DNA of 64,000 nt from an uncultured Pseudomonadota bacterium (GTDB taxonomy: Bacteria; Oederibacteriota; Muellerivitia; Muellerivitales; Muellerivitaceae), in assembly GCA_963770835.1 (NCBI GenBank), contig CAVYRH010000010.1, positions 64,001 to 128,000 of the forward strand. The letters run 5' to 3'. Shown here in pieces: positions 37,862 to 48,036 of the stretch. Under the pieces are notes generated by a model, which saw nothing but the letters and a program-made list of their open reading frames with translations, had not been told where the DNA came from and did not search any database. Both the position numbers and the translations under genes were made by a program. Each line of letters starts with the position of its first letter. Position 1 is the first letter of the stretch.

Positions 37862-39754
37862 ATGAGCCTTCGGGCAATGTTCAGTTCAATCTCCGGCCTC
37901 CAGGCCGACAGCCAGTGGCTGGATGTCATCGGAAACAACATTTCCAACGTCAACACGGTGGCCTTCAAGGCCAGCCGCGCGGAATTTTCCGACCTGTTCA
38001 GCCAATCCCTTTTCGGAGGGTCGGGCGATAACTCCTCCAACGAATTAGGGGGTATGGACTCCCAGCAGGTGGGGTTGGGAACCCGGCTGGCTTCCATTGA
38101 AACGATCTTCAGCCAGGGCACGACCTTGACCACCGGCATTTCCACGGATATTTCCATCCAGGGGGACGGGTTCCTCGAGGCCCAAGAGGGAAGCCAGACC
38201 CTCCTGACCCGCGCGGGCAACCTGACCTTCGACAGCGACGGTTATTTGGTAAACCCCAACGGGGACCACATCCTGGGCATCAACGCCCTTGTCCAATACA
38301 ATAAAAACGCCATCAACAGCGTCTCCAACATCGCCAACCAGCCGCTGATCGTGAACCAGGCGGTTTTGAACGTCAACAACAACGACACCGGCGACCTCGC
38401 CCCTATCCAAATCGACCCCCGGATGACCCTGCCCCCCAAGGCCACCACCGAGGTTACTTTTAAGGGAAACTTGGACTCCCTCCAGCAACCAAACGTCCTG
38501 GACCTGTTTCCGGGCCTTTTCGCTGGGGCGAATGATCCCGCACTGCCGGTGGGACTGACCATCGCCTTCCTCGGCCCTGTTAACGCCATTGACACCACGC
38601 GCATGACCGCACAAGTCAACGCCACGGGGGGGTTTACCTTGCAGCAGGTAAAAAACCTTTCCACCTTCAACCTGGGGGTGTTCCCGCCTCCCCAACCCCT
38701 GGAAAACGGCTTCATCAACCTGGGATTCGTCCAAGCCTTCGCCGGAAGTTACGTTTGGGACAAGCAGCCGCCCATCCCGCCTGCCCAGCAAGCCACGGAG
38801 ACGGTTTATGATTCCCTTGGGAATCCCCGACAAATCACCGTCCAGTTCTACCAAGTAAATGACCTGGGCGCGGATAACATCAATAATCCCTCCGGTCCCA
38901 ACCAGGTCTGTTACGCCTGGTATGCCTTTGACACCACGGGCGGCAAGACCGTTTCCACTGCCGACTTGTTGGGAGGGACGGGGATCGGCGAGGACGACCC
39001 TTTTTACGACCGTAACCTGCCAGGCCAGGGTTTCTTCGGCGACTTCCTGTGGTTCAACACGGACGGATCGCTGGCTTCCAGCGGCGGGGTGGGCGGGGTG
39101 CCGGGGCCTCCCGGACTCAATTTCAATTACATGACCCTGCCGAGGGTTTATCTCCCGCCCGTCAACAGCAATCCGCCGGTTTCCCCCATTCCCGACCAGG
39201 GCGCGGAAATCACCCCCATCTCGCTTAACTTCGGGAATTTCGGACTCCTGGGAGGGCAGCCGGTGTTGCCCATCGGTGGAAGGAACGGAATTTACAGCGA
39301 CGCGGAAGGGGGCTACCAGACCGTCAACGGGGTTAAAACCTATGTGCCTAAAAATACCGTTTACGCCGCATCCCAAAACGGCTACCCGGATGGCAGCCTG
39401 CAGAACTTAAACATCGACCAAAACGGTTTTATCCAAGGGTCTTTTACCAACGGCCAAATCGTGAACCTCGCCCAAATCACGCTGGCCCAAGTGCAAAATC
39501 CGGGGGGATTGAGCCAAGTCGGGAACAACAATTTTTCCGTTTCCCCCAACGCGGGTTCCACCCAGGTGGGCCTGGCGGGTGAGGGGAATTTCGGCACGAT
39601 CCAATCCGATTCCCTGGAAGGCTCCAACGTGGACCTGACCGTGGAATTGTCCAACATGATCGTGGCCCAAAGGGGTTACGACACCAACGCCCGCATGATC
39701 GCGGTGGTCAACGAAACGATGGATACCATCGACCATTTGGGCGAGGGCGGCTGA
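37862..39754 (+). CDS. flgE: Flagellar hook protein FlgE-like (orphan, long central region)
   Basis: SGL..LDVIGNNISNVNT.AFK, TRAGN, VYDSLG, LEGSNVDL..E...MIVAQRGY..NAR. Confidence 0.9.
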   Translation: MSLRAMFSSISGLQADSQWLDVIGNNISNVNTVAFKASRAEFSDLFSQSLFGGSGDNSSNELGGMDSQQVGLGTRLASIETIFSQGTTLTTGISTDISIQGDGFLEAQEGSQTLLTRAGNLTFDSDGYLVNPNGDHILGINALVQYNKNAINSVSNIANQPLIVNQAVLNVNNNDTGDLAPIQIDPRMTLPPKATTEVTFKGNLDSLQQPNVLDLFPGLFAGANDPALPVGLTIAFLGPVNAIDTTRMTAQVNATGGFTLQQVKNLSTFNLGVFPPPQPLENGFINLGFVQAFAGSYVWDKQPPIPPAQQATETVYDSLGNPRQITVQFYQVNDLGADNINNPSGPNQVCYAWYAFDTTGGKTVSTADLLGGTGIGEDDPFYDRNLPGQGFFGDFLWFNTDGSLASSGGVGGVPGPPGLNFNYMTLPRVYLPPVNSNPPVSPIPDQGAEITPISLNFGNFGLLGGQPVLPIGGRNGIYSDAEGGYQTVNGVKTYVPKNTVYAASQNGYPDGSLQNLNIDQNGFIQGSFTNGQIVNLAQITLAQVQNPGGLSQVGNNNFSVSPNAGSTQVGLAGEGNFGTIQSDSLEGSNVDLTVELSNMIVAQRGYDTNARMIAVVNETMDTIDHLGEGG

Positions 39755-39988
39755 GTTCAAGCCTCCAGCCGGTTTGCAAGCCCCCTCCCACTCCTTCATG
39801 TCTTAATCGCCAATTATTTTGTATAATTTCCGCGTTTCATGATGAAGCCCTATGTCTATGCAGTTTTCCTTAAAAAATTGGGCCAGAGGCCCAAATAATG
39901 AGAATTGTATTATCCTCATTACCTTCATCGGGCTTTGCCCGATAAGCGGAATGATTAATGAGGATAGGTCTTTATTTGAGGAATATCC

Positions 39989-40549
39989 TTGAGCCCAAAC
40001 GAGCGGGAACTGGTCCGGCGCATTCTCAAAGGCGATTCCGCCGCCTTCCAAGACTTCTATAATGAGCATAAAAAACCCCTGATCCGCGCCTGTTGGTATT
40101 TCCTGGGAAACGACACCGAAGTCGAGGATATGGTCCAGGAAACCTTCATCAAAGCCCTGAAAAACCTCCCAAAATTCAGGTATGAATGCTCCCTGGGAAC
40201 CTGGCTGAACCATATCGCGGTCAACCTCTGCCGGGACTACCTGGAAAAGAAGAAGAAAACCCTGCCCTTTTCCGTGGATTTTTTCTCCACCCAACCGTCT
40301 AGAGAGCAAAAGACGCCCTACCCCCAGGAGGCCCTCCAACTGCTGAGGGAGGAAATCCAGAACCTGCAGGGGCGGGAGAAGGAACTTATCACCCTGCGGG
40401 AGATCAAGGGACTTTCCTACGAGGCCATCGCCAACCGCCTGAAGATGCCGGTGGGAAGCGTCACGTCGGGCCTTTTCCGGACCCGGCAGAAGCTGATCGA
40501 AAAAGTACGGGAGAAACTTCCGAAGGGATGGGAAGAGATCAATCCATGA
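39989..40549 (+). CDS. ECF sigma factor
   Basis: EDMVQETFIKA, TWL..IAVN.C.D, GLSYEAIA..L..PVGSV.S.LFR. Confidence 0.93.
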   Translation: MSPNERELVRRILKGDSAAFQDFYNEHKKPLIRACWYFLGNDTEVEDMVQETFIKALKNLPKFRYECSLGTWLNHIAVNLCRDYLEKKKKTLPFSVDFFSTQPSREQKTPYPQEALQLLREEIQNLQGREKELITLREIKGLSYEAIANRLKMPVGSVTSGLFRTRQKLIEKVREKLPKGWEEINP

Positions 40550-41505
40550 AATTCACCCCCGAGACACTGCTTCAAATCTACCTGGACGGATCCTTCACGG
40601 AGGAGGCCCAGGCCGAATTCGACGCGCTAATGAACAAGGACCCCGTTTTTGCCGAGCGGGTCACCCAGGCCCTAGCCGAGCGGCTGGGTCCTGTGCCCGA
40701 TTCCACCGTGGAGGGCCTTGCCTCCCGGCTGGACGGGAAGATCGGGGATCTTTGGAACCGGCACAGGCCTTCGCCTTATGGATCCCTTTTAAGGCTGGGC
40801 TTTCAAATCGCCGTGGCTTTGGCGGTGGCCGGAGGCCTTTTAATCGGCGGCCGCCTTCTGTTGTCCAAGATGAGCTCCGGGACGCCTTCGGGCTTGCGGC
40901 CCTCCGTGACGCTCAACACTCCCGGGACCTCACCCATTGCCGGGGAGGAGCAAAAGACGAAACCGGATACCACTGGGGGAAAAGCGGCGGCCGGGGTTTC
41001 GGGGCCCAGAACCTCCGTCCCCGTGACCGGGCAGGTCCCGGTGAACCCCGGCACGGAGGAAACCGTTTCGCGGAAGAGTGAGCCGCTCCCCGCCCAGTCC
41101 GTTTCTTTCAACGGAACACAGGATGCGGGGATTCCATCCCAATCCCCGGCGGGAAACCAGGAATTCATTGGTTCCACCACAGCACCCGCTGTTTTGATCC
41201 CGCCCGCCTCTTCTTCCGCCTTGGCCCCGAAGGGTTCCTCTTCCGGAACCACGATTGAGGGCAATTCCTTGCGGGTGGTTATCGACACCGATAAGGCCCA
41301 AAACGTGACCGCGACGGTGTTGGACACCAATGGCATGCTGGTCCGGCACCTTTTCAAAGGCGCCCTGGGTGCGGGGGAACACACCGTGGATTGGGATGGA
41401 AAGGATGATTTGGGAAATATGGTTTCGCCGGGTGACTATACGGTTATACTCGATATGGGCGGCAAGAAGATGTCGGGCATCCTGAAGGTGCTGCCCGGCC
41501 GGTAA
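40546..41505 (+). CDS. Membrane anti-sigma factor with C-terminal FlgD-Ig/T9SS-like domain
   Basis: ATGA overlap with sigma; LLQIYLDG N-domain, one TM, S/T/P linker, LVRHL...WDGKDD.G..V.PG.Y. Confidence 0.8.
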   Translation: MKFTPETLLQIYLDGSFTEEAQAEFDALMNKDPVFAERVTQALAERLGPVPDSTVEGLASRLDGKIGDLWNRHRPSPYGSLLRLGFQIAVALAVAGGLLIGGRLLLSKMSSGTPSGLRPSVTLNTPGTSPIAGEEQKTKPDTTGGKAAAGVSGPRTSVPVTGQVPVNPGTEETVSRKSEPLPAQSVSFNGTQDAGIPSQSPAGNQEFIGSTTAPAVLIPPASSSALAPKGSSSGTTIEGNSLRVVIDTDKAQNVTATVLDTNGMLVRHLFKGALGAGEHTVDWDGKDDLGNMVSPGDYTVILDMGGKKMSGILKVLPGR

Positions 41506-41587
41506 TCTCTCTCTTCGTTGATTGGCCCGGAAAGATCTCGTTGGCGGACCGGGTTGGATCGAAATCAACGGGTGGGTCGAAAGATAA

Positions 41588-43045
41588 ATGAGGCATTTCC
41601 CTAAAACCCTCCTTTGGCTGGCCGCCCCCTTTTTCCTGCTGGTCCCGGCCGCCTCCCCCGCCCGCGCCCAAACCCTCACCAACGTGGCCGGAAACTGCAT
41701 TGCCGGCTACACCGCAAACGCCGCACCTGCTACCCAGGCCAGCCTTTGGCTTCCCGACGACCTGGCTTTCGATTCCCACGGCAACTACTACATCGCCGAC
41801 GCGGGCAGCAATACCATCCGCGAGGTGAACATTGCCACCGGCATCCTCACCCCCTTCGCGGGGGTCCTTAATTCGGCGGGGAACCCCTCGGCCGGGAACG
41901 GCGGGCCCGCCACCCAGGCCACTCTGGATTACCCCTCCGGCCTGGTATTTGATTCCAGCAACAACCTTTATATCGCCGATTATTACGGCGGCCAGGTCCG
42001 GAAAATCGACGCCTCCACCGGCATCATCAGCACCTACGCGGGAACGGGAACGCCCGGTTACTTGGGGGACGGCGGCCCCGCCACCCAGGCCGAACTGGCT
42101 AATCCCGCCATGGTGCGGTTTGACCCCACGGGCCGCTACCTAGCCATCAGCGACGAGGGCAACAGTACGGTGCGGGAAGTGGACACCACCACAGGCTTCA
42201 TCCGGACCGTGGCGGGCAACGGCACCGCCGGATATTCCGGCAATGGCGGGCCCGCCACCCTGGCCCATTTGAACCAGCCGGACGGCCTGGCCTTCGATTC
42301 GTCCTGGAACCTTTTTGTCGGGGACAATATCAACGGGGCCATCCGGAAGGTGGATGTGACGACGGGGCTCATTTCCACGGTTGCGGGAACCGGCGTCACG
42401 GGCTATTCGGGGGACAACGGGCCGGCCACCCTGGCCCAACTAGGAGACGACCTGGGCAGCCTTAACTTCACCTGCGACGGCAGTCTCATCTTGACCGATT
42501 GCCTCAACGACCGGGTACGCCGGGTGGACAAAACCACGGGGACCATCACCACCGTGATCGGAACGGGGAACGCTCCGGCTACCTGCCCCGCCAGCGGTGC
42601 GGGGGTGCTTTCCACCAACTTGGCCATTCCCCAGGCCCTGGTGTTTGACTCTTCTGGCAATTTGTACCTGGTGGAGTACGGTAATGAATTAGTCCAGGAA
42701 GTTACCGGTGGACTTTGCCCCTCGGCGCCCACCCCCACGCCCTCCTTTTCATCCAGCAACTGCAATACGATAGAGACTTATTCCTACCCCAATCCCGCCG
42801 CGGGAAGCCCCATGAACATCTTCTTCGTCCTTTGTGAGGGAGGGTCAGTGAGGATACAAGTCTACAACTCGGCGGCCGAATTGGTGGCCACCTATAACAC
42901 TAACGGTTCGGCGGGGCCCAACGTTTATCCGGCAAACATCACGGGCTTCTCCCACGGCGTCTATTACTATTTCGTCATTTTCAATGGGAGCTCCGGGGAG
43001 AAAAAATCCAAACCCACTAAATTCGCCCTGACCCGGTCCCAATGA
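41588..43045 (+). CDS. Secreted NHL-repeat protein with T9SS-like CTD
   Basis: GYSGDNGPATLAQL repeats; YPNP...VYNSAAELV...GVYYY...KFA. Confidence 0.88.
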   Translation: MRHFPKTLLWLAAPFFLLVPAASPARAQTLTNVAGNCIAGYTANAAPATQASLWLPDDLAFDSHGNYYIADAGSNTIREVNIATGILTPFAGVLNSAGNPSAGNGGPATQATLDYPSGLVFDSSNNLYIADYYGGQVRKIDASTGIISTYAGTGTPGYLGDGGPATQAELANPAMVRFDPTGRYLAISDEGNSTVREVDTTTGFIRTVAGNGTAGYSGNGGPATLAHLNQPDGLAFDSSWNLFVGDNINGAIRKVDVTTGLISTVAGTGVTGYSGDNGPATLAQLGDDLGSLNFTCDGSLILTDCLNDRVRRVDKTTGTITTVIGTGNAPATCPASGAGVLSTNLAIPQALVFDSSGNLYLVEYGNELVQEVTGGLCPSAPTPTPSFSSSNCNTIETYSYPNPAAGSPMNIFFVLCEGGSVRIQVYNSAAELVATYNTNGSAGPNVYPANITGFSHGVYYYFVIFNGSSGEKKSKPTKFALTRSQ

Positions 43046-43164
43046 CCGACCCGCCGAATGGTGCCATCGTCGGCGTTCGAGGGTTTTTCCGCCTTTATGA
43101 TGTTGTTTCGATTTTTTTGAATTAGGTCACTGTCAAAAGTAAATTGATTTTGAGGATTTGACTT

Positions 43165-44499
43165 ATGCGCAGACGGCTTCATCACTTCTGTCTTGGCCTT
43201 GGGCTGGCCCTGGCGGCCGGCCCCTTGGCGGCCCAAACAGTTTCCCCTAATAGCGCCACGGCTTATCCCATCCTCTCCGTGGGCCTGAGTGCCCGCGCCA
43301 TCGGCATGGGGGAAGCCTTCACGGCCGTGGCCGACGACTACTCCGCCGTTTATTACAACCCGGCGGGGCTGGGACAAATCCAACAGCCCGAAATCGTCCT
43401 CGCCCACAACCTCTACCTGGACGACGGGTTTTACGACAATGTCGGGGGGATCACTCCCCTCGGCACGGCGGGCACCTTGGCCTTGGGGGCCCGTTACCTG
43501 AATTACGGGAGTATCGACCACAGGGATAATTTCGGGAATTTACTGGGCAGCTATACGCCCTTTGATATCAGCCTTGAAGGGGCCTTCGGCTTCGCTTTGG
43601 ACAAGGAAAGCTTTTTGGGCTTCGGCTCCCAGTGGATCAGCCAGAACATCAACGGCTCGGTCCAAGCGGGTTTGTTGTGGAACGCTGGCCTGCTATTGAA
43701 ACCCTTCGACCGGTTTTCCCTGGGGTTTGACTTGAAGAATTTGGGCGTGGATTCGGGCGGCGACAGCCTGCCCTCCGAACTCCTTTGGGGGGCGGCCTAC
43801 CGCCTGTCCCTGGCCGAAAAGGATGTCCACACCCTTCTCTTGAGCACCGGGGGCAACCTTGCTTTTCAAAGCGCGGGGAGTTTGAACGCGGGTTTTGAGT
43901 ACGGCTTTGAAAAAAACTATTTCTTGAGGGGCGGCTACGTCCTGGATTTACAGAATAACCAGCTAGAAGGCCTCCAGGGATTGGATTTCGGAGCCGGCGT
44001 CCGGCTGGGACTGTTCCAGTTCGACTATTCCTTCTCCTTCGAAGGGGATTTCGGCAATATCCAGCGCTTCTCGCTGAGCTTCTTTTTCCCTCAGCCCGCC
44101 AAACCTGAGCCGGCCGTCCCGGCAACCCTGGAAACGCTCTGGTCCGTGCCGCCGGGGGCCGCAGAGCCGCCGGCTGTGGCCTCCCCGAATGCTCCCTTTG
44201 CGGCCTTCGGTTCTGTCACCCAGCCGGTGCTGATGAGGTTCCAGGTCACTTCCGGGGGGGATCGGACGCCCCAGCAGCTTTTTGACCAAGCCGAGAAAAA
44301 GCTTAAATTGGGCCTCAAAGAGGAGGCCATGGACCTTTACCTGAAAGCCGTTGAGAAGGACCCGCATTTTGAGCCCGCCTGGAACCGCCTGGGGAGGCTT
44401 TATTTCGACCAATCCCTTGAATCCTACCGGAAAGTCCTTGAATTGGACCCCCAAAACGAGCTTTTAAGGGAATGGCTGGACCACTTCCCGACGCATTAG
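43165..44499 (+). CDS. PorV/PorQ-family outer-membrane barrel with C-terminal TPR
   Basis: ARAIGMGEAFTAVADD.SA.YYNPAGL; TPR with AWNRLG, KVLELDP. Confidence 0.85.
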   Translation: MRRRLHHFCLGLGLALAAGPLAAQTVSPNSATAYPILSVGLSARAIGMGEAFTAVADDYSAVYYNPAGLGQIQQPEIVLAHNLYLDDGFYDNVGGITPLGTAGTLALGARYLNYGSIDHRDNFGNLLGSYTPFDISLEGAFGFALDKESFLGFGSQWISQNINGSVQAGLLWNAGLLLKPFDRFSLGFDLKNLGVDSGGDSLPSELLWGAAYRLSLAEKDVHTLLLSTGGNLAFQSAGSLNAGFEYGFEKNYFLRGGYVLDLQNNQLEGLQGLDFGAGVRLGLFQFDYSFSFEGDFGNIQRFSLSFFFPQPAKPEPAVPATLETLWSVPPGAAEPPAVASPNAPFAAFGSVTQPVLMRFQVTSGGDRTPQQLFDQAEKKLKLGLKEEAMDLYLKAVEKDPHFEPAWNRLGRLYFDQSLESYRKVLELDPQNELLREWLDHFPTH

Positions 44500-44645
44500 A
44501 AAGCTAAAAAATTTTGGATTAAAGCGGGGGAAGCCCGTCTAGAGGTCGTGAAGGGTCAAGGACCGATCGGGATGAGAGGCCTTCCTTCACGGTATTAAGT
44601 GAGTTGTATCAGTGATTGAAATAGGCAGTCTTCTAGCATTGGGCG

Positions 44646-44671
44646 GCCCGGGGAGCGATCCCCGGGCTTTT
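44646..44671 (+). terminator. Intrinsic terminator
   Basis: GCCCGGGGA-GCGA-TCCCCGGGCTTTT. Confidence 0.7.
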
Positions 44672-44676
44672 CTATT

Positions 44677-45462
44677 TTAAGACCCCGTACTCTGGTAGTG
44701 TTTCAATCCCCAGTCCCAAGCCGCTTGGGCCACGCCTGCGAAAAGCACCGCTACCAAGGGGGCCGTCACAACGCACCAGGGGGAAAGCATCTTCCCGAAA
44801 ACCCAATTGCCGGGCAGGTAGTTGAAAACCCCGTAGGGAAGCAGGACCAAAAGGCCGTAATGCACCCAACCGGGATAGATTCCCAAAGGGTAACGGCTGG
44901 CCTGCAAGAGAGTGTGGGGGATCATGAGGGTATAGCTGTAGGGCCCCACGAACTTAAAGGAGAGGCTGCAAAAAATAACCAGCGCCGACATGTAAATGAC
45001 CCCGCCGGAGAGGACCCAAAGAGGCACCAGAGCCCAATCCCACCAGGGCATATGGAGGGTATAAAGAGAGACGACCGTTAGGATAAAGCCGGTCAATAAA
45101 TTTCCGAAGGAATGAAGCTCCGGGCGCGAGATAAGCAGGAAAGGAAGGGAACGCACGGGGTAAACCATCAGGCGGTCCAGGTCGCCCATGACGATGTAAT
45201 AGGGCACCATCCAGATGTGATTGAAGAAAAGCTCCGAGGTGCCGAGGGACATGGCCGTCAGCCCGAAGAGGAAGATAACCTGCATCTGGACCCAACCCTC
45301 CAGGTTTGAAGTCTGGTGGAAGACGACCCAAAGGAAGGCCAGTGACGCCAGCTGTAGCATGCTGGAAGTCAGGAGACCCAAGAAAAAGTCCAGCTTGTAT
45401 TCCAGCTTGGCCTGCAGGGAAGCCTTGAAGGTGACCCAGTAGATTTTCAACTCATTCAGCAT
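44677..45462 (-). CDS. ABC-2 family permease (DUF990 type)
   Basis: GDLDRLMVYP, RYPLGIYP. Confidence 0.88.
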   Translation of the reverse strand: MLNELKIYWVTFKASLQAKLEYKLDFFLGLLTSSMLQLASLAFLWVVFHQTSNLEGWVQMQVIFLFGLTAMSLGTSELFFNHIWMVPYYIVMGDLDRLMVYPVRSLPFLLISRPELHSFGNLLTGFILTVVSLYTLHMPWWDWALVPLWVLSGGVIYMSALVIFCSLSFKFVGPYSYTLMIPHTLLQASRYPLGIYPGWVHYGLLVLLPYGVFNYLPGNWVFGKMLSPWCVVTAPLVAVLFAGVAQAAWDWGLKHYQSTGS

Positions 45463-45486
45463 CAAAACTCCCTAACCGCGGATTTT

Positions 45487-46317
45487 CTAACCGCCCTGGA
45501 TTTCCAACTGGCTCAGGGCTTTGCGCATCACGAAGTGGCCTACTATATAGAGACCCAAACCCCAAAGGGCCTGTTCCCCTAAGAGACGAAGTGCCGCTAC
45601 CCCCTCCACTTTGCCCAAATAAATGGAAATGGGTGTGAAGATGATGTACTGGAAGGGAAGCCACCGGCCCACGGCCAGGAGGACGGGGGGATAAAGGGTG
45701 AGCGGCGCCGAGAGGCCGGAAAAGGTTTGGTGCAGGGCTAAGCGGGAAGCAAAGATTCCATAGCCGCTGTAGGTGTAAAAGGCCCCCTGGATGAAAAGAA
45801 AAACGATGGAATACTGCACTAGGAAAGCCAGGAGGAGGCTGACGATGAAAAGGCCGAAGGCAAGGAGGTTTTTGGGGAGGATTTGCCCACCCAGGAAATA
45901 AAAGACCAAGACTAGGATGGTAAGGCCCACAAAACTATTAAAGATGCAGTCACTCAAGGCCTGCATGGCCTGGGAAAGCTGAAAATCCAGGGGTTTCAAG
46001 AGATCGGTTGCGATCAGACCCAGCCGGATGCGATTGCCCACCCTCTGATCGATGTTAATGGTCAGGGCGTAGTTTAGGCAGAAGGCCAGGGCCAGGTAAG
46101 CGAACATTTCCTGGCGGGGCATTGCTAAAGAAGACCCCTTTTGAGTATAGACGTGGTTCCAAATGAGCACCGAGGTTCCGTAGGCAAGCGCGGAAGTGAA
46201 AAGGCCCAAGACTGTAGTGGCTTTATATGCGAAATTGGCCTTGAGGGCCCGGTTCAAGTAGGCCAGGTAACCGCCGAGGCTTTCTGAAAAGTTGAGGGGA
46301 CGGGCCAATGGCTTCAT
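45487..46317 (-). CDS. ABC-2 family permease (DUF990 type)
   Basis: IRLGLIATDLLKP, SG..APL..YP, LPFQY. Confidence 0.88.
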   Translation of the reverse strand: MKPLARPLNFSESLGGYLAYLNRALKANFAYKATTVLGLFTSALAYGTSVLIWNHVYTQKGSSLAMPRQEMFAYLALAFCLNYALTINIDQRVGNRIRLGLIATDLLKPLDFQLSQAMQALSDCIFNSFVGLTILVLVFYFLGGQILPKNLLAFGLFIVSLLLAFLVQYSIVFLFIQGAFYTYSGYGIFASRLALHQTFSGLSAPLTLYPPVLLAVGRWLPFQYIIFTPISIYLGKVEGVAALRLLGEQALWGLGLYIVGHFVMRKALSQLEIQGG

Positions 46318-46320
46318 GGC

Positions 46321-47339
46321 TCAGGCCTTTCCGTCGCCGGGTTGGCGGTAGATGCGGGTGACGATGGTTTCGATATCGGTCTTTTCAAGGTTGATATCCA
46401 CCACTTGCAGCTGCTGGAGCATCATCTGGATCAAGGCGGGAGCTGCTCCCTCCTCCCGGTATTCCACCACCACCCGGTGCCCTTCGGCTTCGACAACTTT
46501 TCCCCCGCTTTCCCGACGTCCTCCGAAAGGGACCGGGCGGCCGTGGCATCCACGGGCTTGTGAGTTTCGGCCACGATGCGGCGGTCGCTGGCGTATTTCT
46601 GCTCGAAGGCCCGGATGGAGCCGTCGAAGAGAAGTTTCCCCTTGTCTAATAACAGTAGGCGGTCGCAGGTTTCGGTGATGTCCTTCAAGTCGTGGGTGGT
46701 GATGAGCAGCGTGATGCCGAACTTGGTTTGGATATCGGTGATGAATTCCCGGACCTGCTCCTTGACCGAGAGATCCAGACCGATGGTGGGCTCGTCCAGG
46801 AAGACAATGGCGGGGGCGTGCAGGAGGGCCGCCGCCAGGTCGCAGCGCATGCGTTGGCCAAGGGATAGATGCCGCACAGGGGTGTTCAAGAGGGGTTCGA
46901 GCCCCAAGCGATGGAGGGCTTCCCCATAAACGGCCTTGTAAACATCCTCCGGAATGCGGTACATGGTCTTCAGGAGCTCGAAGGTTTCCCGCACCGGGAT
47001 ATCCCACAACAGTTGGGGCCGCTGGCCGAAGACTACGCCGATGTTCAAAGCCAACTGGCGCCGTTCTTTCCAGGGCACCCGGCCCAGGACTTCCAACTTG
47101 CCGCCGGTGGGAACGATGATTCCCGTCAGCATTTTGAGCGTCGTGGATTTGCCCGCCCCGTTCTCCCCGATCAGGCCGACTTTTTCCCCGCGGGCGATGG
47201 AAAAAGTGAGGTTCTGAACCGCGGGGACTTCCTCAAATTGGCTGGAGAAGAGGCTTTGAACGGAGCCCAAGAGGCCGGCCTTACGGACCCGGCGCTGGTA
47301 ACTCTTGGATAGGTTTTCGACAGTGAGCGCTTTTTCCAT
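46321..47339 (-). CDS. ABC transporter ATP-binding protein, frameshift near 46500
   Basis: GENGAGKST, LSLGQRMR, LDEPTIGLD; C-terminal DIETIVTRIY lies in the -1 frame. Confidence 0.88.
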
Positions 47340-47529
47340 AAATGTTCCCTAAATTTTCCTTGGCGGGTGCGGTTTCAACCATACAGGTGGAGCATCTTAT
47401 TCTTGGGAAAAAGGGGTGTCAACGAGCCCTTTACCGGCCTGAAGTCTATTTTATGCAACAAGTCATATTGAAAATCCGGCAAACAACGCAGACTATAAAA
47501 ACCGATTGATATCGGTAAAGGAGATCGAC

Positions 47530-47790
47530 ATGACACCGCTTCGAACGCCCGATATGAAAGACGCCCAAATGGAGGCGGATATCCACCACAAGCTCCTCGC
47601 CCATGAAAAAAAGTCCTGGATTCAAGTAATCGCCAGGGATGGATACATTAATCTTTTCGGTTTTGTCGGCGGCTTCAAAGAGAAACGGGAAATCACTGAG
47701 ATCGTCCAATCTCTGCCCGGAGTCCAGATTGTAACCGACCATCTCCACGTCGATTGTCGGGAGGATAAAAAGGAAGTAGCGCATTTTTAG
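47530..47790 (+). CDS. BON-domain protein
   Basis: IQVIARDGYINLFGFV...PGV..V.DHL.V. Confidence 0.8.
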   Translation: MTPLRTPDMKDAQMEADIHHKLLAHEKKSWIQVIARDGYINLFGFVGGFKEKREITEIVQSLPGVQIVTDHLHVDCREDKKEVAHF

Positions 47791-48036
47791 CAGGATGATG
47801 AAAAAGTCTAAAGTGCAGACTTTTTCCTATTTTCGTCGCGAATCACCCCTTTAAAAGCAAGGGGTTAAATTCGATTCGCGCCAAGCCCGTGGCTGTAGAC
47901 AGGGTGTAACGGCATTTTTTAAGCACCCTGTTAATTGCCTCTAAAAAAGCCGGTTAATCGGCCTCCGTTGAAAGCTTTGCCGGTGGGGCGTACTCTTTCT
48001 GTAAGCCTATGTTTTCCCAACAGAAGGAGGCGCAAC

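Noticed and set aside
40546..41505. True flgD hook-cap gene
   Set aside because: Lacks the FlgD N-terminal motif, has a TM helix and is coupled to an ECF sigma
44530..44671. 6S RNA
   Set aside because: Too short and lacks a two-sided central bubble; kept only as an unnamed candidate
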